64,000 nucleotides of DNA from positions 248,001 to 312,000 of the forward strand of contig OZ025747.1 of NCBI GenBank assembly GCA_964019335.1. Direction: 5' to 3'. The notes under the pieces were generated by a model, which saw only the letters and a program-made list of their open reading frames with translations, was not told where the DNA came from and did not search any database. The translations under genes and the position numbers were made by a program. This DNA is from Diplonema japonicum. Taxonomy: Eukaryota; Protista; Euglenozoa: Diplonemea. Shown here in pieces: positions 22,945-36,879 of this stretch (the stretch's first letter is position 1; each line of letters begins with the position of its first letter).

Positions 22945-24520
22945 ATGACATGGGAACAACTAGCACAGGAATGGAGGGAAGGCAGTGGCGCAACGACAGC
23001 TGAGTTCAAGGCTTTCAACTACATTGGCGGAGAGAAGGTGTACACCGAAAAAGAGATTGAGAACGTGGCCCCAGCGACAGGCAGACGCATTGGGAGCATC
23101 CCCGACTCCGATGCACAGGATGTCGAAGCAGCGGTGAAAGCAGCAGAGGGGGCCCTGAAAGGCCCATGGGGGAGCTCCACTGTGGAGGAGAGGTCAAGCA
23201 TGCTGAATAAAATCGCAAACGCTCTGGAGAGGAAGATGGTTGCGCTAGCCGCCCTGGAGTCCGTAGACCAAGGGAAGACCATCGGGATGGCCACCAACGT
23301 CGACATCCCACGGGCGGTGGCGAACTTCCGTTTCTTCGCAGGCGCCATGCTGCACACAACAGACGGCTTCCACCGCATGGCGGAGGCCCTCAACTACACC
23401 ACCCACACCCGTATCGGTGTTGTGGGTCTTATCACCCCTTGGAACCTTCCCCTGTACCTCCTCTCCTGGAAGGTAGCCCCTGCCCTCGCCATGGGGAATG
23501 TCATCGTTGCCAAGCCCAGCGAGATGACCCCCTTCACAGCCACAGTCCTTGCGGAGGTATGTGCCGAGGCAGGGCTCCCCACCGGTGTCTTCAACCTCGT
23601 CCACGGGTACGGCCACCGCTGCGGGGCGGCCATCGTGTCGCATCCCAAGATCAAAGCGATCTCCTTCACCGGCGGCACCGTGACAGGCGAGAGGGTGGCC
23701 GCGACAGCCGCACCCATGTTCAAGAAGCTATCGCTGGAGCTTGGCGGGAAGAACCCTACCGTTGTCTTTGCGGACGCTGACTTCGACACCGCTGTGGCAG
23801 GGGCTGCTGCAGCGGGGTTCACAAACCAGGGGGAGATTTGTCTGTGCGGGTCGAGGCTGCTGGTGGAGAGGTCCATCCACGACAAGTTTGTGGCGGCACT
23901 GGTGGAGAAGGTGAAGGCACATGTAGTGGGTGACCCACGCTCCACCACCTCGACCATGGGGGCACTGGTCTCCAAGGCGCACAGGGAGAAGGTCGAGGGG
24001 TACATCAAGATGGCGGTGGACATGGGAGGGAAGGTGGTGTGCGGTGGTGTGCGTCCCTCACTTCCTGCGCCTTTCACAAACGGGGCCTTCCTGGAGCCGA
24101 CCGTCATCACAGGCCTGGCCCACGACGCGAGGCCCGCTGTGCAAGAGATCTTCGGCCCTGTTGTGACCGTGCACCCCTTTGACACCCCACAGGAAGCTAT
24201 CGCCATTGCTAACGAGACGCCTTACGGTCTTGCAGGCTCCGTGTGGACAACCAACCTCAACTTGGGCCACCAGGTGGCCGGTGCTCTTGACACTGGCATG
24301 GTGTGGGTGAACTGCTGGTTGTTGCGCGACCTGCGTGTGCCCTTTGGCGGTGTGAAAGCTTCTGGTGTAGGGAGAGAAGGCGGGAGGCTTTCCCTGGACT
24401 TCTTCAGTGAATCAAAGGTTTGTTTAGAATACAAAAATAAAAAAAAAGAGAGTAAGAAAAAAACAAAACAAAACAAAAAAAAAAACTCAGAATATTTGTG
24501 TCAAAGTATCGAAGCTGTAG
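22945..24520 (+). CDS. ALDH8A1: 2-aminomuconic semialdehyde dehydrogenase (ALDH8A1 family); exons 22945-24417, 24491-24520 (500 aa)
   Basis: ESVDQGKT, DIPRAVANFRFFA, PWNLPLYLLSWKVAPA, ELGGKN, NQGEICLCGSR, NCWLLRDLRVPFGG: ALDH8/HMSADH signatures including both substrate-binding Arg. Confidence 0.92.
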
Positions 24521-25126
24521 GGTTGTGCTGAAGAGGACAAGAAAAACAGGTGAAACAAAAAAAACAAAAAAAAAAAAAAAAAAAAAACGTGGTGTTTTAC
24601 TACCCTTTGTCCCCCCCCCCCATTAGTGGCTTTTAGTGGCTGAGGAGGCTGATATTATTTTATTTATTTTTGACTAAGAAAAACAGAGGTGTCTAATCCT
24701 GAAAGGAAAAAAAAAAGAACTAAAGGGAGAGGAAAGGGTATTTTTTTTTCTCATTTCTTTTTAAAATTTTGGGAAATCCGAGGCACGCCATTTCTATAGC
24801 AAAAAAAGAACGAGAAAAAAAAAAAGAGGGGTGAAAAAAAAAAAAAAGAGAAAAAAAAAAAAAAAACGTTTACCGTAATAGTACTTTTATTCGCCAGTAA
24901 ATTCGTCATTTTGGACTGGGGAAAAAAAATCCGCGAAATTGTCTTTGTGACCTCATTGCAGCCCTGCAACCACCCTTCGCTTCACCTATGGCGAATAAAA
25001 GTACCAAACACGGTTATTAAAAAAAAAAAAATTCTTCCTTGACCACTTTGCACCTTCCCCTCCCCGTCTCCCCTCCATGTCGCATCCCCTCACAAACAAC
25101 AAATAAAAACACAGGGAAAAATTTAA

Positions 25127-26581
<1,455 letters not shown>

Positions 26582-27011
26582 TTTTTTTTTTTTTTTTTTT
26601 TTTCTTTTTTTGACAAGTGTAAAATTTAAAAAAAAAGAAAAAAGTGTTGTTTCAAAAAAAAAGAAATACCCTTTGCCACATGTCGCAGGGATCTTACTCC
26701 CCCCTCAGGAGATCTTTTTTTTTTTTTTTTTTTCGGGGTTTTTTGGGATTTTTTTTGATGTGGGCGAAGGGGAGCATAAACAAAAAAAAAAGAAAGGAAG
26801 AAATATAGAGAAGGGAAAAAGAAAAAAAAAACAAAAAAAAAAGAAAACGTTATCCTGAGAGTGAAGAATTCCCCTTCTTCAAAGATGTACCTTAATGTAC
26901 CAGTTTATTATGATTGCAACCTTTTCCCCCTTTCTCCGAGGTTTGAAAAAAGAAGAAGAAAAAAAAAAAAGAAAACGTTTTCCCCCTGGAGGCCTCAATC
27001 CCCACTAACAG

Positions 27012-27056
<45 letters not shown>

Positions 27057-27444
27057 CGTATTTGTTGATCGATGCATAACATAATAGTCTCTTTCCCTGT
27101 TTCCCACCCTTCCTCTCAGTTTCCCCCGTTTTATTGTTGTTTTTTTTTTTATTTTTTATTATTCTTATATCCCCTCCCCTTCCTACTTTCTTTTTTTTTT
27201 TTGTTTATTTACCACCCTCCTTCAGCCATTTCTCCTTTAATAGCTGAGCAAAATCTATAAATATCCCACCCCGTTTTTTTTTTTTTTTTTTTTTTTTTAT
27301 TATTCTCCTCCGATCCTTTTTTTTTCCTTTTTTTTCTTCTTATAAAAAAATATGTCCTTTTTTTTTTTTTCCCCACATACATTACACCACCATCATCATC
27401 ATCATCATCAACAAAAAGGGGGGGGAAAAAAAAAGGGAAAAAAA

Positions 27445-28880
27445 ATGCCGCCGAAAAAGGGCCCCGTCAAAGAGAAGAAAAGAAACATACCAAAAGGAAA
27501 AGAAGGCGGCGGCGTGGAGCTGAGAGAAGCGGCGAAACAAGGCGACACCAATGCGGTCCGGTCCCTCGCGGTCATGCACGCCGTCGACGAGGTGGACGTA
27601 AGGGGCTTCACGGCATTAATGTGGGCAGCATGGTACGGCCACAGCAAGGTAATCGCAGCCTTGATAAACAGAGGGTCCGACCTCTCAATACAAGATGAAG
27701 ATGGGCAAACCGCATTATTCCATGCCAGCTGGAACGGACACAGCGAGGCAGTCAGCCTGCTTCTCAGAGCAGGCGCGGACCCTAACCAAGCCGACAGTGA
27801 AGGAGAAACCCCTCTATCCGCAGCAGGACGAAGCGGAACATACGATTGTGTCAGGCTTCTCATCACGCATAACGCCGACCCCAATCCACGTGACAAGGAA
27901 GGCCACAATGCCGTGTCCCGTGCTCTGAAGAAAGGCAACACGTCCATTGCACTCCTCATCGAGGACTACATGAGAATCTATTCGCAGCGAGGTTCAGGCG
28001 CAGCGTTGGACAGCCTTCTGGCAATGTCGCTTGCACGGCATCAAGAAATGCAGGCTCGGAACGCTGCCCTCACGCACCACCACAACCCCAACGCCCCGCA
28101 GGTGTTGGAACGGGGTTCTTACGATGGATTAACAGTCATCTCACCCGAACTCATTCGAATCGTATCCCGTGGGAAGCTCCCCAACGTTGGTGCTACCATG
28201 CGAGTCAACGGTGGTGCTACCGAATGGTACATCCTGTCAACAGTGAAGGGAGGTGGTGTGAAGGCTCGTTCGAATACCCCAGGTGCCGCGAACACATGGG
28301 GCGATGCAGGCGATGAGGTCGGGGCTGGGTTATGGGCTTCCGTTGTACCATCTCAACCTGGAATGGTTCTTCACCCCCAAGCAGGAATGGTGGGATCTGG
28401 CAGTATGGGTGTCGCATCACCCCCTCCGAATGTTCAGTCCGCGTACCAACAATATCAATATTACCAGCAAAACCAACGAGTCATGCCCGCTCAAGCCACA
28501 CCACCTCCTGTTCAACATCAACAGACTGCTTCCAAGCAACACATTGCATTTGGAAATGCTGGTGCTAGGGAAGCTAGTATGCCCCTTGCTGGTGTACCTT
28601 CCCCGGGATCGCCGAGGAAAACGACCAGACGGTCTGGGTACAAGAGAGATAACCCAGCTTATCGTGCACCTAATGGGTGTACTGTGTGCTCTAAGGTAAG
28701 ACCGCCTCTTAGTTACTGTGAGGAGTGCAATGAAGAAATGTGCAGTGGGTGTTGGGTTCGCGAGCACCAAAATAGAAAGAGGAGGCTTCATATCCCTCAC
28801 CCGGTATGGCTTTTGGGGAACCTTATTTATTTTAACAGGTGGAACTTGAGGTGATAGGAAGCGATGAGGAGGATGAGTGA
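27445..28880 (+). CDS. Ankyrin-repeat protein with C-terminal B-box-type zinc finger; exons 27445-28803, 28839-28880 (466 aa)
   Basis: GFTALMWAA, GQTALFHAS, GETPLSAAG repeats; CTVC..YCEEC..MCSGCWVREH..H; ATG follows an A-run. Confidence 0.85.
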
Positions 28881-29308
28881 AGAGATTTGTATAAGTTTTA
28901 TGCTAACCCCCCCCCCCCCCCCCCCCTCAACCTGTATTTTTTGTTGTTGTTGTTTTGATTAACTAAAATGTTCCCCCCCCCCCCCCCCGCGCTTTTCCTG
29001 AGTTCTATTATGTCTTTTTGTTTTTTTTTTTTTGCTTGAATATGTAAAAAAAAAAAAGAGGGAGGGGGAGGGTGAATGCTTGTAACCCTGTGAATTGTGT
29101 TTTTTTTTTTTTTTGCAAAAAGTTAAAAACAAAAAGAAAGAATGAGAAGCAAAAAAAAAATCCCCCCCCCCCCGACTCTTTTTTACTAATTTTTAATTTT
29201 TTGGTAAAAAAAAATATCTCTTCAGAAAAAAAAAAAAAAAAAAAAAAAAAACACAGGCCCAAGAGGGGGGCGAACTGAATAAAAAAAAAGGGGGGGCAGA
29301 AAAAAAAA

Positions 29309-30192
29309 ATGTCATCGGCGAAATACACAAAATCAGATAAAGTAGGAGAAGGGACATATGGAGTGGTCTACAGAGCAAAGGACAAAGTGGTATGACTTTT
29401 TTTTTTTTAAAAATATTATCCGTTCCTATCCAACACACACCAGACCGGGGAAATAGTAGCGTTGAAACGGATGAGGTTGGAGGTCGAGGACGAAGGCATA
29501 CCGTGTTCCGCTCTGCGTGAAATTTTACTGTTGAAGGAGCTGAAGCATACAAATATCGTGAGGCTTCTCGACGTCGCTCACAGCGAGAAGAAGCTCACCC
29601 TGGTGTTCGAATTTTTGGAAAAGGACCTAAAAATGTATCTAGACGCACACAAGGTTTGACCCCACCCACACACACACACACACACACACAGGGGGACATC
29701 CCAGTGCGAGAAGTCACATCATTCCTCAAACAACTCTTGCGGTCTATCGAGTACTGCCACTCAAGAAGTGTTCTGCACCGGGACCTCAAACCTCAAAACC
29801 TTCTAATCGGAGCAGACAAAACACTAAAACTCGCAGATTTCGGGCTCGGCAGGTCCTTCGGCATACCTGTTAAAAAATACAGCCACGAAGTGGTCACACT
29901 GTGGTACAGGTCACCCGACACCCTTCTAGGGAGCATCAACTACGGGACCGGTGTGGACTTGTGGTCCATTGGGTGTATTTTCGCCGAGCTTGCGTCGGGC
30001 AAGGCCTTGCTGTTGGGCAAGACCGACCACGATCAACTGGTGTCGATATTCAAATTCATCGGTACCCCTACAAAGGAAGAATGGCCCGGCATGCACGCCT
30101 TCCCAAAATCCGCTCAAATGCTTAAAGACGATCTCTTGAAGCCCTACAAGAGCGAGGTATGAGGAGAGGGGAAAAAAAAAAAAAAGAAGAAG

Positions 30193-30223
<31 letters not shown>

Positions 30224-30541
30224 CAAAACCGTGCTGCAGAAAGAGTGCTTTGCGCAAAAACTTGGTCCCACTGGCTCTGATCTCCTGTTGAAATTTTTGG
30301 TATGGTGGGGGAAGAGGGGGGGGGGGGGGAATAATTCTTTTTATGGCTATATGTCTTCGTTGTTAGCACGAGCAAAAAAAAAAAAACTAAAAGTTTTTTT
30401 TTTTTGCTCGGCACAAGTTGTATATAGTTATAAATCATTTTTGAAAATAAATATTTGTAACAAAAAAAAAAAAAATAGCAACCTGATCCTGTAAACCGTA
30501 TATCCGCCACCGAAGCGCTTCAGCATAAATATCTGGCTTGA
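29309..30541 (+). CDS. Cyclin-dependent kinase, CDK5/Pho85-like; exons 29309-29389, 29444-29653, 29692-30156, 30222-30299, 30479-30541 (298 aa)
   Basis: [17 protein letters not shown] in place of [54 protein letters not shown] after splicing four phase-0 introns. Confidence 0.92.
30330..30457 (-). mobile_element. Fold-back MITE-like element inside CDK intron 4
   Basis: Reverse complement aligns to 22632-22773. Confidence 0.7.
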
Positions 30542-31792
30542 GTGTGAGAAAGGGAGGCAAAAAAAAAAAAAAAAAAAAAAAAAAGAGAGAGAGAAAAGAA
30601 GAAGAAGAAGAAGAAGAGAGGAAGGTCTCTCTATCTTTATTTCCCATTTTTTCTAAGTATGAAAGAACGGTTTTTTTTTTCTTTTTTTCTTTTTACTCCT
30701 ACACAAATAACACACACAAACAAAATCAAGCAAACAAAAAGAAGAGCAGGGGGGGGGGAGTAAAGAAAAGGATGGGCTTCTTTTCTTTTCTCTTCTTATT
30801 TTTATTTTTATTTTTATTTTTATCCCCTCATTTTAAACTCTTCGTGGTGAAGTGGCCTGTATGTAATTTTTCACCGCCTCATGGAAGGGCAAACATTTTG
30901 AAGTTTTTTTTCGGGGGGGCGGGTTAAAGTACAAATTGACCCCAACTATCAATGGAAAAAAAAAAAAAAAAAAAAAAAAAGAAGAGTACATTCCTCCGCT
31001 GGTGCCTGGCACAGGTCAGGGATCACTTTGTGTCCTGACACTGCGTACCTTGGGCCTCTTGAAACTGCTGTATACTTTTTTTTTCTTCTTTTTTTTTTAA
31101 AGTTTAGGTCAAGAAAAAAAAAAAAAGGTACTTACTCTTTTTGTGCGAAACTTTTTTTTAAAAAAATGAATGGGGTGGGGACGAAAAGGTTTTCAAAAAA
31201 AAAAAAAAAAAACATGTTTAGCAAGTGTGTCCTCTTACCCTCCTTATCCCCCCCCCCCCCCCCCCGCAACCTTGTCTCAAAGAAATAAATATTAGCCCGT
31301 TATTTTTCTTTTTTTTGGGGGGGGGGCTACGGGGGCTTGACTTTTACGTCATCTACCTTCTCCTTGGAAAAAAAAGGAGATTTTTTGTATAATACACATA
31401 AAAAAAGAAGGAGTTTAGAAGTGGGAAATATAGTATTTTATTATTCTTCTTTTCTGGTTTCTTTTATTTTATTTTTTTTAACAACAGGGAGAAAGGAAAG
31501 GAGGAGGGGGAGCAAAAAAAAAAAGAGGAGGAAAAAAAAAAAAAAAAGGGCGACGGGCAGCCTATTTTTTTTTTTCCCTTTACATTTTAACATACCACCA
31601 TTCCTTCTCCCCTCCCCCCACACCCTATTTTGATTTTTATTTCACCCCCCCCCCTCCTTTCTCCATTTCACCCTCCCGTCTTCCCTATTTTCTCTCCCAT
31701 CTTCTTTTTTTTTTCCGTTTGTTATTTTTCTTCTTTTTTTTTTTTATTGCACACGTTGTAATAACACCCAGCAAGGGAAGAGGAGGAGAAAC

Positions 31793-32584
31793 ATGTATGA
31801 CAAGGCAACGAGTCTTCTCCTGTGTGGTGGTCTCTCTGCAGGGTTTGTTGCGTCGATGTACTTAAGAAAGGAGTCTCGCCAAGTGGGTTACGACAGAGAT
31901 AAAATCGAAAACATAAAATGGAGGTTAGGGGGAGGCACGGCAACTGCTGGATGCGCGCTGGCTGTGGTATTTAAAGGCGGTGGGGCGCTGAGGGAAATCG
32001 GGTTAGGAGAAGGGCAACTTCTAGGAATAGGACAGAGCTTCCTTCTAACGTCTGTTCTCTTTGCTGGAGTGATCCGTGAGCAAATTGCATACGGCCTTCT
32101 TGATTTTCCATCAGTACGGGCCCTCTGGCCCACGACACAGCAGGACTACATAGTTCTTCGCAATTATATTGTGGCTCCGATACTGGAAGAAATTGTGTTC
32201 CGTGGAGCGACGTTGTACCTCCTCACTCCTCATTACGCTCCAAGGGTGTATGTTCCCATTGCTGCTTCGAGTTTTGCTTTAGCACACGTGCACCACCTGT
32301 ATCTATACCTTACTTCCCACAACACCCCTTTGGCGCAGTCTCTCCTTATTGTTTTGTCGAACTTTCTCGTGCACTCTATCTTCTCCCTTTATTCCATCTT
32401 TATGTACACGCACACCTCTTCCCTTCTCGCGGCTGCCCTTGCACATTCCTTGTGCAACGTTCTCGGTGCACCGTCGACTTACTTCCTTGGCTTGGAAGAC
32501 ACCTCCCTCAAGAGGCAGATAGGGTTCGGATACCTTGCCGGTATAACAGGGTTCTTTAAACTGGCGCAGGTACTTTTTTACTAA
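31793..32584 (+). CDS. RCE1: CAAX prenyl protease 2 (Rce1/CPBP family)
   Basis: RNYIVAPILEEIVFRG, FALAHVHH, HSLCNVLG; multi-TM. Confidence 0.88.
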   Translation: MYDKATSLLLCGGLSAGFVASMYLRKESRQVGYDRDKIENIKWRLGGGTATAGCALAVVFKGGGALREIGLGEGQLLGIGQSFLLTSVLFAGVIREQIAYGLLDFPSVRALWPTTQQDYIVLRNYIVAPILEEIVFRGATLYLLTPHYAPRVYVPIAASSFALAHVHHLYLYLTSHNTPLAQSLLIVLSNFLVHSIFSLYSIFMYTHTSSLLAAALAHSLCNVLGAPSTYFLGLEDTSLKRQIGFGYLAGITGFFKLAQVLFY

Positions 32585-32717
32585 AGAAAAAAAAAGAGAG
32601 AGAGAGAAAAAAAAAAGTGTACTTTTTTTTTTTATATAAAAAAGAAATGTTGCTTTGAAATGGTAAAAATGAGAATACACAGAGGGGGGGATAGCAAGAC
32701 AAAAAAAAAAAGAAGAA

Positions 32718-35120
32718 ATGGAGCAGCCCAAAGGCATGCGAGAGATTGATGAAGACGAAGACGAATACCTAGCAAGAGTGCAGGGCATCGCTCGAGAGCT
32801 GGATTCCGAGGCTGAGATCTATGTCGGCAAAGGTCTTGGAGGGTACGAGAAATTTTTTCGAAACAACGACGAGGAAGAGATAGAATGGGAGGAGAGGGTC
32901 TTGGTGGAACTGGAGAGGAGAGAGCAGCAAGTGATGGAGATCGTGGAGCAGTGGGAAAGGCAAGAAAACGCCACAAACCAAGCCTACGAGAGAACGCTAG
33001 CGGCGGTCGGGACCTCGGCCAACACAGTAATCCATTCCATAGATATAAATGATGGGTACCTCCGTGAGAGAAAACGACTGCTGCATCTTTACGAAGAGAC
33101 CTTACAGACAAAGCTGTGCAAAGTTCCTTTCGAGTACGAAGACGACACCTCCCTTCCTACAAAGGAGCGCGAGTTCCGCCGCCTGCAGCGGCTTACCTTT
33201 CGTAAAGCCGTTATCAATTCCTGCAATAAAACAGCCTCCATGCTCATCGATCGTTATCTCACCTCGGACACTCTGTCCCTCCGTTGTCCTTCTCTAGGAC
33301 GCCGCCTTGATGAAGACCCCATCGACTACATCACACGTGTCAACCTCCTGGTACACGAGGCGATCAACACCACCATCCAGGGGTACAATGCGTACAGGAC
33401 GGATCTTGTTCAGGACGGTGATCCATCGGTGTCCCTCCCGCTTGTGTCGGTACCGTTGGCCACGAACCTTGTAGGGTCCATCCGCAGCCCGCAACGCCCC
33501 GAAAGAGTCCCAATGAGCGACATCATCGTAAACCGTCATAATGACCTTGTGCAACGGGGCAAGGTGCAGGAGCTGAAAGTCCCTGGTGGACGTGACTGGG
33601 TTGATGGGTACCTTGCTTCCCGTGACACGCCTGCCACTGACGTCAACCGGCTGCACCACTGGGTTGGTGTCGCAAAGAAGCTTATCAACGGCAACACACC
33701 AACTGAGGATCCGAAATCTGTGCTGAACACCACTGCGGGTTCCACATCCAACCCCATCCCTCCCTCGCTCCTCACGGCCATCGCGCAGGCTTGGCAGGAC
33801 AGCAATTCCCCGTTTATAAAACCAGGTTCCTCCGCTTCATCCCTCGTTGAGGAGTACAGCAGGACGCATCCCTTCCCTACCCTCACCATCCCCAAGGGGT
33901 ATTCAGAGCCCGATTGGATCAGAGCCTCCGTCAACAGGGCAGCAAACATGAAGGCGGCGTACTTGGATGGGTTCCGCAAGTGGTTGGACACGAGGCTGTG
34001 TTTCACACCAGCACATGACTCACCTGAGAAAACAGCTTGCGTGCCTTGGGAGGATCAGGACATCCTTTCCGTGCCGAAGAAGCCCATCGTGACACCGTTG
34101 GTGTCGCCACGGAGGAGTGCTGTTAGAAAGATGTCGCCAGAACGAAGGCTGTCGCCTGTTAAGAGACTGTCTCCCAGGATGAGACTGTCACCGGTGAGAA
34201 GGCCGGTGAGGGATCCTGATGCTGTGTGGGAGGTACCGTTGGAACCCTTACTGGACATGCCTGTGAAGTCTCCCCCGCCTGCCTACAAGATCTCAAGGCA
34301 ACCGATCTCCGCTCTTGACAAGATACTGCATGCCTCGGCACTGATTGTGCCACACCTACACTTGATGGTGGATCTGCAGCTGACACCGCAGCCGTTGCCC
34401 GTCACGTCTCCCGCCCTCCCTCGCCTGCTGTGCGTCGCATGCAAACACGATGCTGTCTACATGTGTATAGAGTGCAGCGGGAACTCGTTCTGCCCTTCGT
34501 GCTGGGATGTCAGACACCAGCATGTCAAGCATCGTAAGCTTATTACACCTTACATTTGTTTCATGTGCAAGTCAGCAGCCGTGATGGAGTGCCGCGAGTG
34601 TCGTATAAAGTGCTGCAAGTCATGCTGGGACCACAGCCACCAATGCATGGAACACCACGAGGGCATATCCCTGCAGCAGAACAATTATCTCGGGAAGGAA
34701 GAGCACCAGCACGTGTCGCCGCAGAGGAATGTGGTGGACGAAGGCGATGTGACAAAGATGTGGCTATCGCGGAACCCTGACACAGTCACGAGAGTCCGGA
34801 AGAAGTGGACGATGCAAAGGCAGCAGGACACAGCCGCCATCGTTCCCGAGATCCCGAAGTCGCGTGTGATCCCCCACCCAGAGAATGTGCAAAAGCTGTT
34901 AACCTTCTACAAGAACAACGCCCCACACAAGATGCACCTCGTGATGGACGTGCTGCGCAACCACCACGGCAAGGAAGAAGAACTCTTCGCCTCCCTCGAA
35001 TCGGAGTATGCTTCTGCCTCAAGCGAGCCACCCACTCTCTCGTGGTCCTGCCCGTCGTGCGACTTCCAGAACGCCGACACCACGACGACATGCATCAACT
35101 GCAACACACCTAAACCTTAG
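32718..35120 (+). CDS. Uncharacterised 800-aa protein with two B-box-like fingers, SPxR repeats and a C-terminal RanBP2-type zinc finger
   Basis: CVAC..CIEC..FCPSCW..H and CFMC..CREC..CCKSCW..H; WSCPSCDFQN..TCINC; SPRR..SPERRLSPVKRLSPRMRLSPVRR. Confidence 0.8.
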   Translation: MEQPKGMREIDEDEDEYLARVQGIARELDSEAEIYVGKGLGGYEKFFRNNDEEEIEWEERVLVELERREQQVMEIVEQWERQENATNQAYERTLAAVGTSANTVIHSIDINDGYLRERKRLLHLYEETLQTKLCKVPFEYEDDTSLPTKEREFRRLQRLTFRKAVINSCNKTASMLIDRYLTSDTLSLRCPSLGRRLDEDPIDYITRVNLLVHEAINTTIQGYNAYRTDLVQDGDPSVSLPLVSVPLATNLVGSIRSPQRPERVPMSDIIVNRHNDLVQRGKVQELKVPGGRDWVDGYLASRDTPATDVNRLHHWVGVAKKLINGNTPTEDPKSVLNTTAGSTSNPIPPSLLTAIAQAWQDSNSPFIKPGSSASSLVEEYSRTHPFPTLTIPKGYSEPDWIRASVNRAANMKAAYLDGFRKWLDTRLCFTPAHDSPEKTACVPWEDQDILSVPKKPIVTPLVSPRRSAVRKMSPERRLSPVKRLSPRMRLSPVRRPVRDPDAVWEVPLEPLLDMPVKSPPPAYKISRQPISALDKILHASALIVPHLHLMVDLQLTPQPLPVTSPALPRLLCVACKHDAVYMCIECSGNSFCPSCWDVRHQHVKHRKLITPYICFMCKSAAVMECRECRIKCCKSCWDHSHQCMEHHEGISLQQNNYLGKEEHQHVSPQRNVVDEGDVTKMWLSRNPDTVTRVRKKWTMQRQQDTAAIVPEIPKSRVIPHPENVQKLLTFYKNNAPHKMHLVMDVLRNHHGKEEELFASLESEYASASSEPPTLSWSCPSCDFQNADTTTTCINCNTPKP

Positions 35121-35215
35121 ATTGTAATAGATATCTTACCGTTGTACCATTAATATTTCTTTTTTTGCCATGTTTGACACTCATTTGCTCAAAGGAAAAG
35201 GTATTTTAAAAAAAA

Positions 35216-36767
35216 ATGGCTGAAAAACGAAAGGGCGAGGCGCTTCCTGTGACAGGGTACCTGGTGCACGGGACGACGAAGCAGTGCTGGGAGAAGATTA
35301 AGAACTTGGGGCTGAACAAGATGTCGAGGCGCCACGTGCATTTTGTGGAGGCGAAGGACGTCAACGACTGCATCGACGGTGTCGTGCCGGTGAGGGAGGA
35401 GGGGAAATGGAAGGATGCGAAGAAGGAAGTGCTCATCTTCGTAAACAGGGAAAGAGCAGAAAGAGACGGACTGGAGTTCTTCGAGCATGTAAGCGGGGGC
35501 AACACAGTGCTGACAAAAGGAATCAAGGACACCGGGATGGTCCCCCTTGCGTACATCGACAAGGCAGTTGATGTGGAAACCGGCGACGTTCTCTGCGAAC
35601 CTGTCGGCGCATGCCTCCTCCCCGCCCCGCCTGTCAAACGTGGAAGGACAGGGCTTCCATGGACAAAGAGATACTTCAAAGTTGACTCGCACACTCACAT
35701 CCTTCCCGAGAGCCTTGATTTATGCAAGAAGTTCTTGGAAAAAGGGTACATCACCCTGGAGCCAACCGAGCAAGGGAGAAACATGTTGAAAGACGGGAAA
35801 CTGTTCAGAGCGATTAAGGCAAACTGCTATTCTGCAGAAGCGGTGCTTGACGACATGGTGAGCAATGACATCGATGTGCAGGTGCTGTCTACAGTCCCGG
35901 TGATGTTCTGCTACTGGACAAAGACGAAGAACGACGCTGTGGAGCTGGCAAGGTATCTGAACGATGACATCGCTGCAGTGGTGAAGAAGAATCCGACCAA
36001 GTTCATCGCGTTGGGAACGCTGCCCTTGCAGTTCCCGGACGAGGCGGTCAAGGAGCTGAAGAGGTGCGTCAACACCCTCGGCATCAAAGGATTCCAAATC
36101 GGGTCCCACGTCGAACAGTGGGAACTCTCCGACCCCGCACTGTTCCCCGTCTTCGAGGCCGCTCAAGAGCTCAACGTCTCCATAATGGTGCACCCCTGGG
36201 ACATGATGGGCGCCTCGGAACACGGCAACAAATACTGGCTTCCATGGCTGGTGGGCATGCCTGCTGAGACAACACGTGCCATGTGCCACATGTTTATGTC
36301 AGGTCTGCTTGACAAGCTCCCTAAGCTCCGTGTCATGTTCGCCCATGGTGGGGGCTCCTTCGCGTACACCGCAGGGAGAATACAGCATGGTTACAAGTAT
36401 GTGTATTATTCTGATTTTTTTTTTATTTTTTATATAACATATTCACAGCTGCCGACCGGACCTGTGTGCCATCGATGCCAAGGAAGGGCCCATGACCTAC
36501 CTTAAGACACCTGAGAGGTCTGCGCGCTTCTGGGTGGACACCCTTACACATGACGCGGAGGCCATGCGGTTCCTCGTGGAAAAGATGGGTGAAGACAGGA
36601 TTGTAATGGGGTCCGACTACCCCTTCCCTCTTGGGGAGTGGGTGCCCGGGAGGATGATCGAGGAGCTCGACGGTGCGGGGTGGACGGAGGAGAGGAGGGA
36701 AAAGATTCTCTCGAAGAATTTTTTCGAGTTCATGAACATGGACATTAAGGACTTCCTGCGTGAGTGA
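35216..36767 (+). CDS. ACMSD: Fusion of the Tpt1/KptA NAD+-binding lobe with aminocarboxymuconate-semialdehyde decarboxylase; exons 35216-36396, 36449-36767 (499 aa)
   Basis: N-term YLVHGT..WEKI..GLNKMSRRHVHF..LIFVN..DGLEFF..VLTKG..GMVP; C-term DSHTHILP, DGKLFR, LSTVPVMF, VHPWDM, KYWLPWLVGMPAETT, FAHGGG, GRIQHG, RPDLCA, GSDYPFPLGE. Confidence 0.92.
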
Positions 36768-36879
36768 ATGGAAAAAAAAAAAAAAGAACAAAAAAACGTA
36801 ATTGTTGTGTTGGAAGAAATCAAGGAAGAGAAATAAGAGGTTTTTAGGAAAAAGGGGATAGCAAAAAAAAAAAAAAAAA

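Noticed and set aside
27352-27444. Poly-His N-terminal extension of the ankyrin protein
   Set aside because: A (CAT)n microsatellite within homopolymer spacer; the ATG at 27445 has the A-run context typical here.
32718-35120. Functional link between the SPxR-rich protein and the nearby CDK
   Set aside because: Proximity alone is uninformative in a directional gene array.
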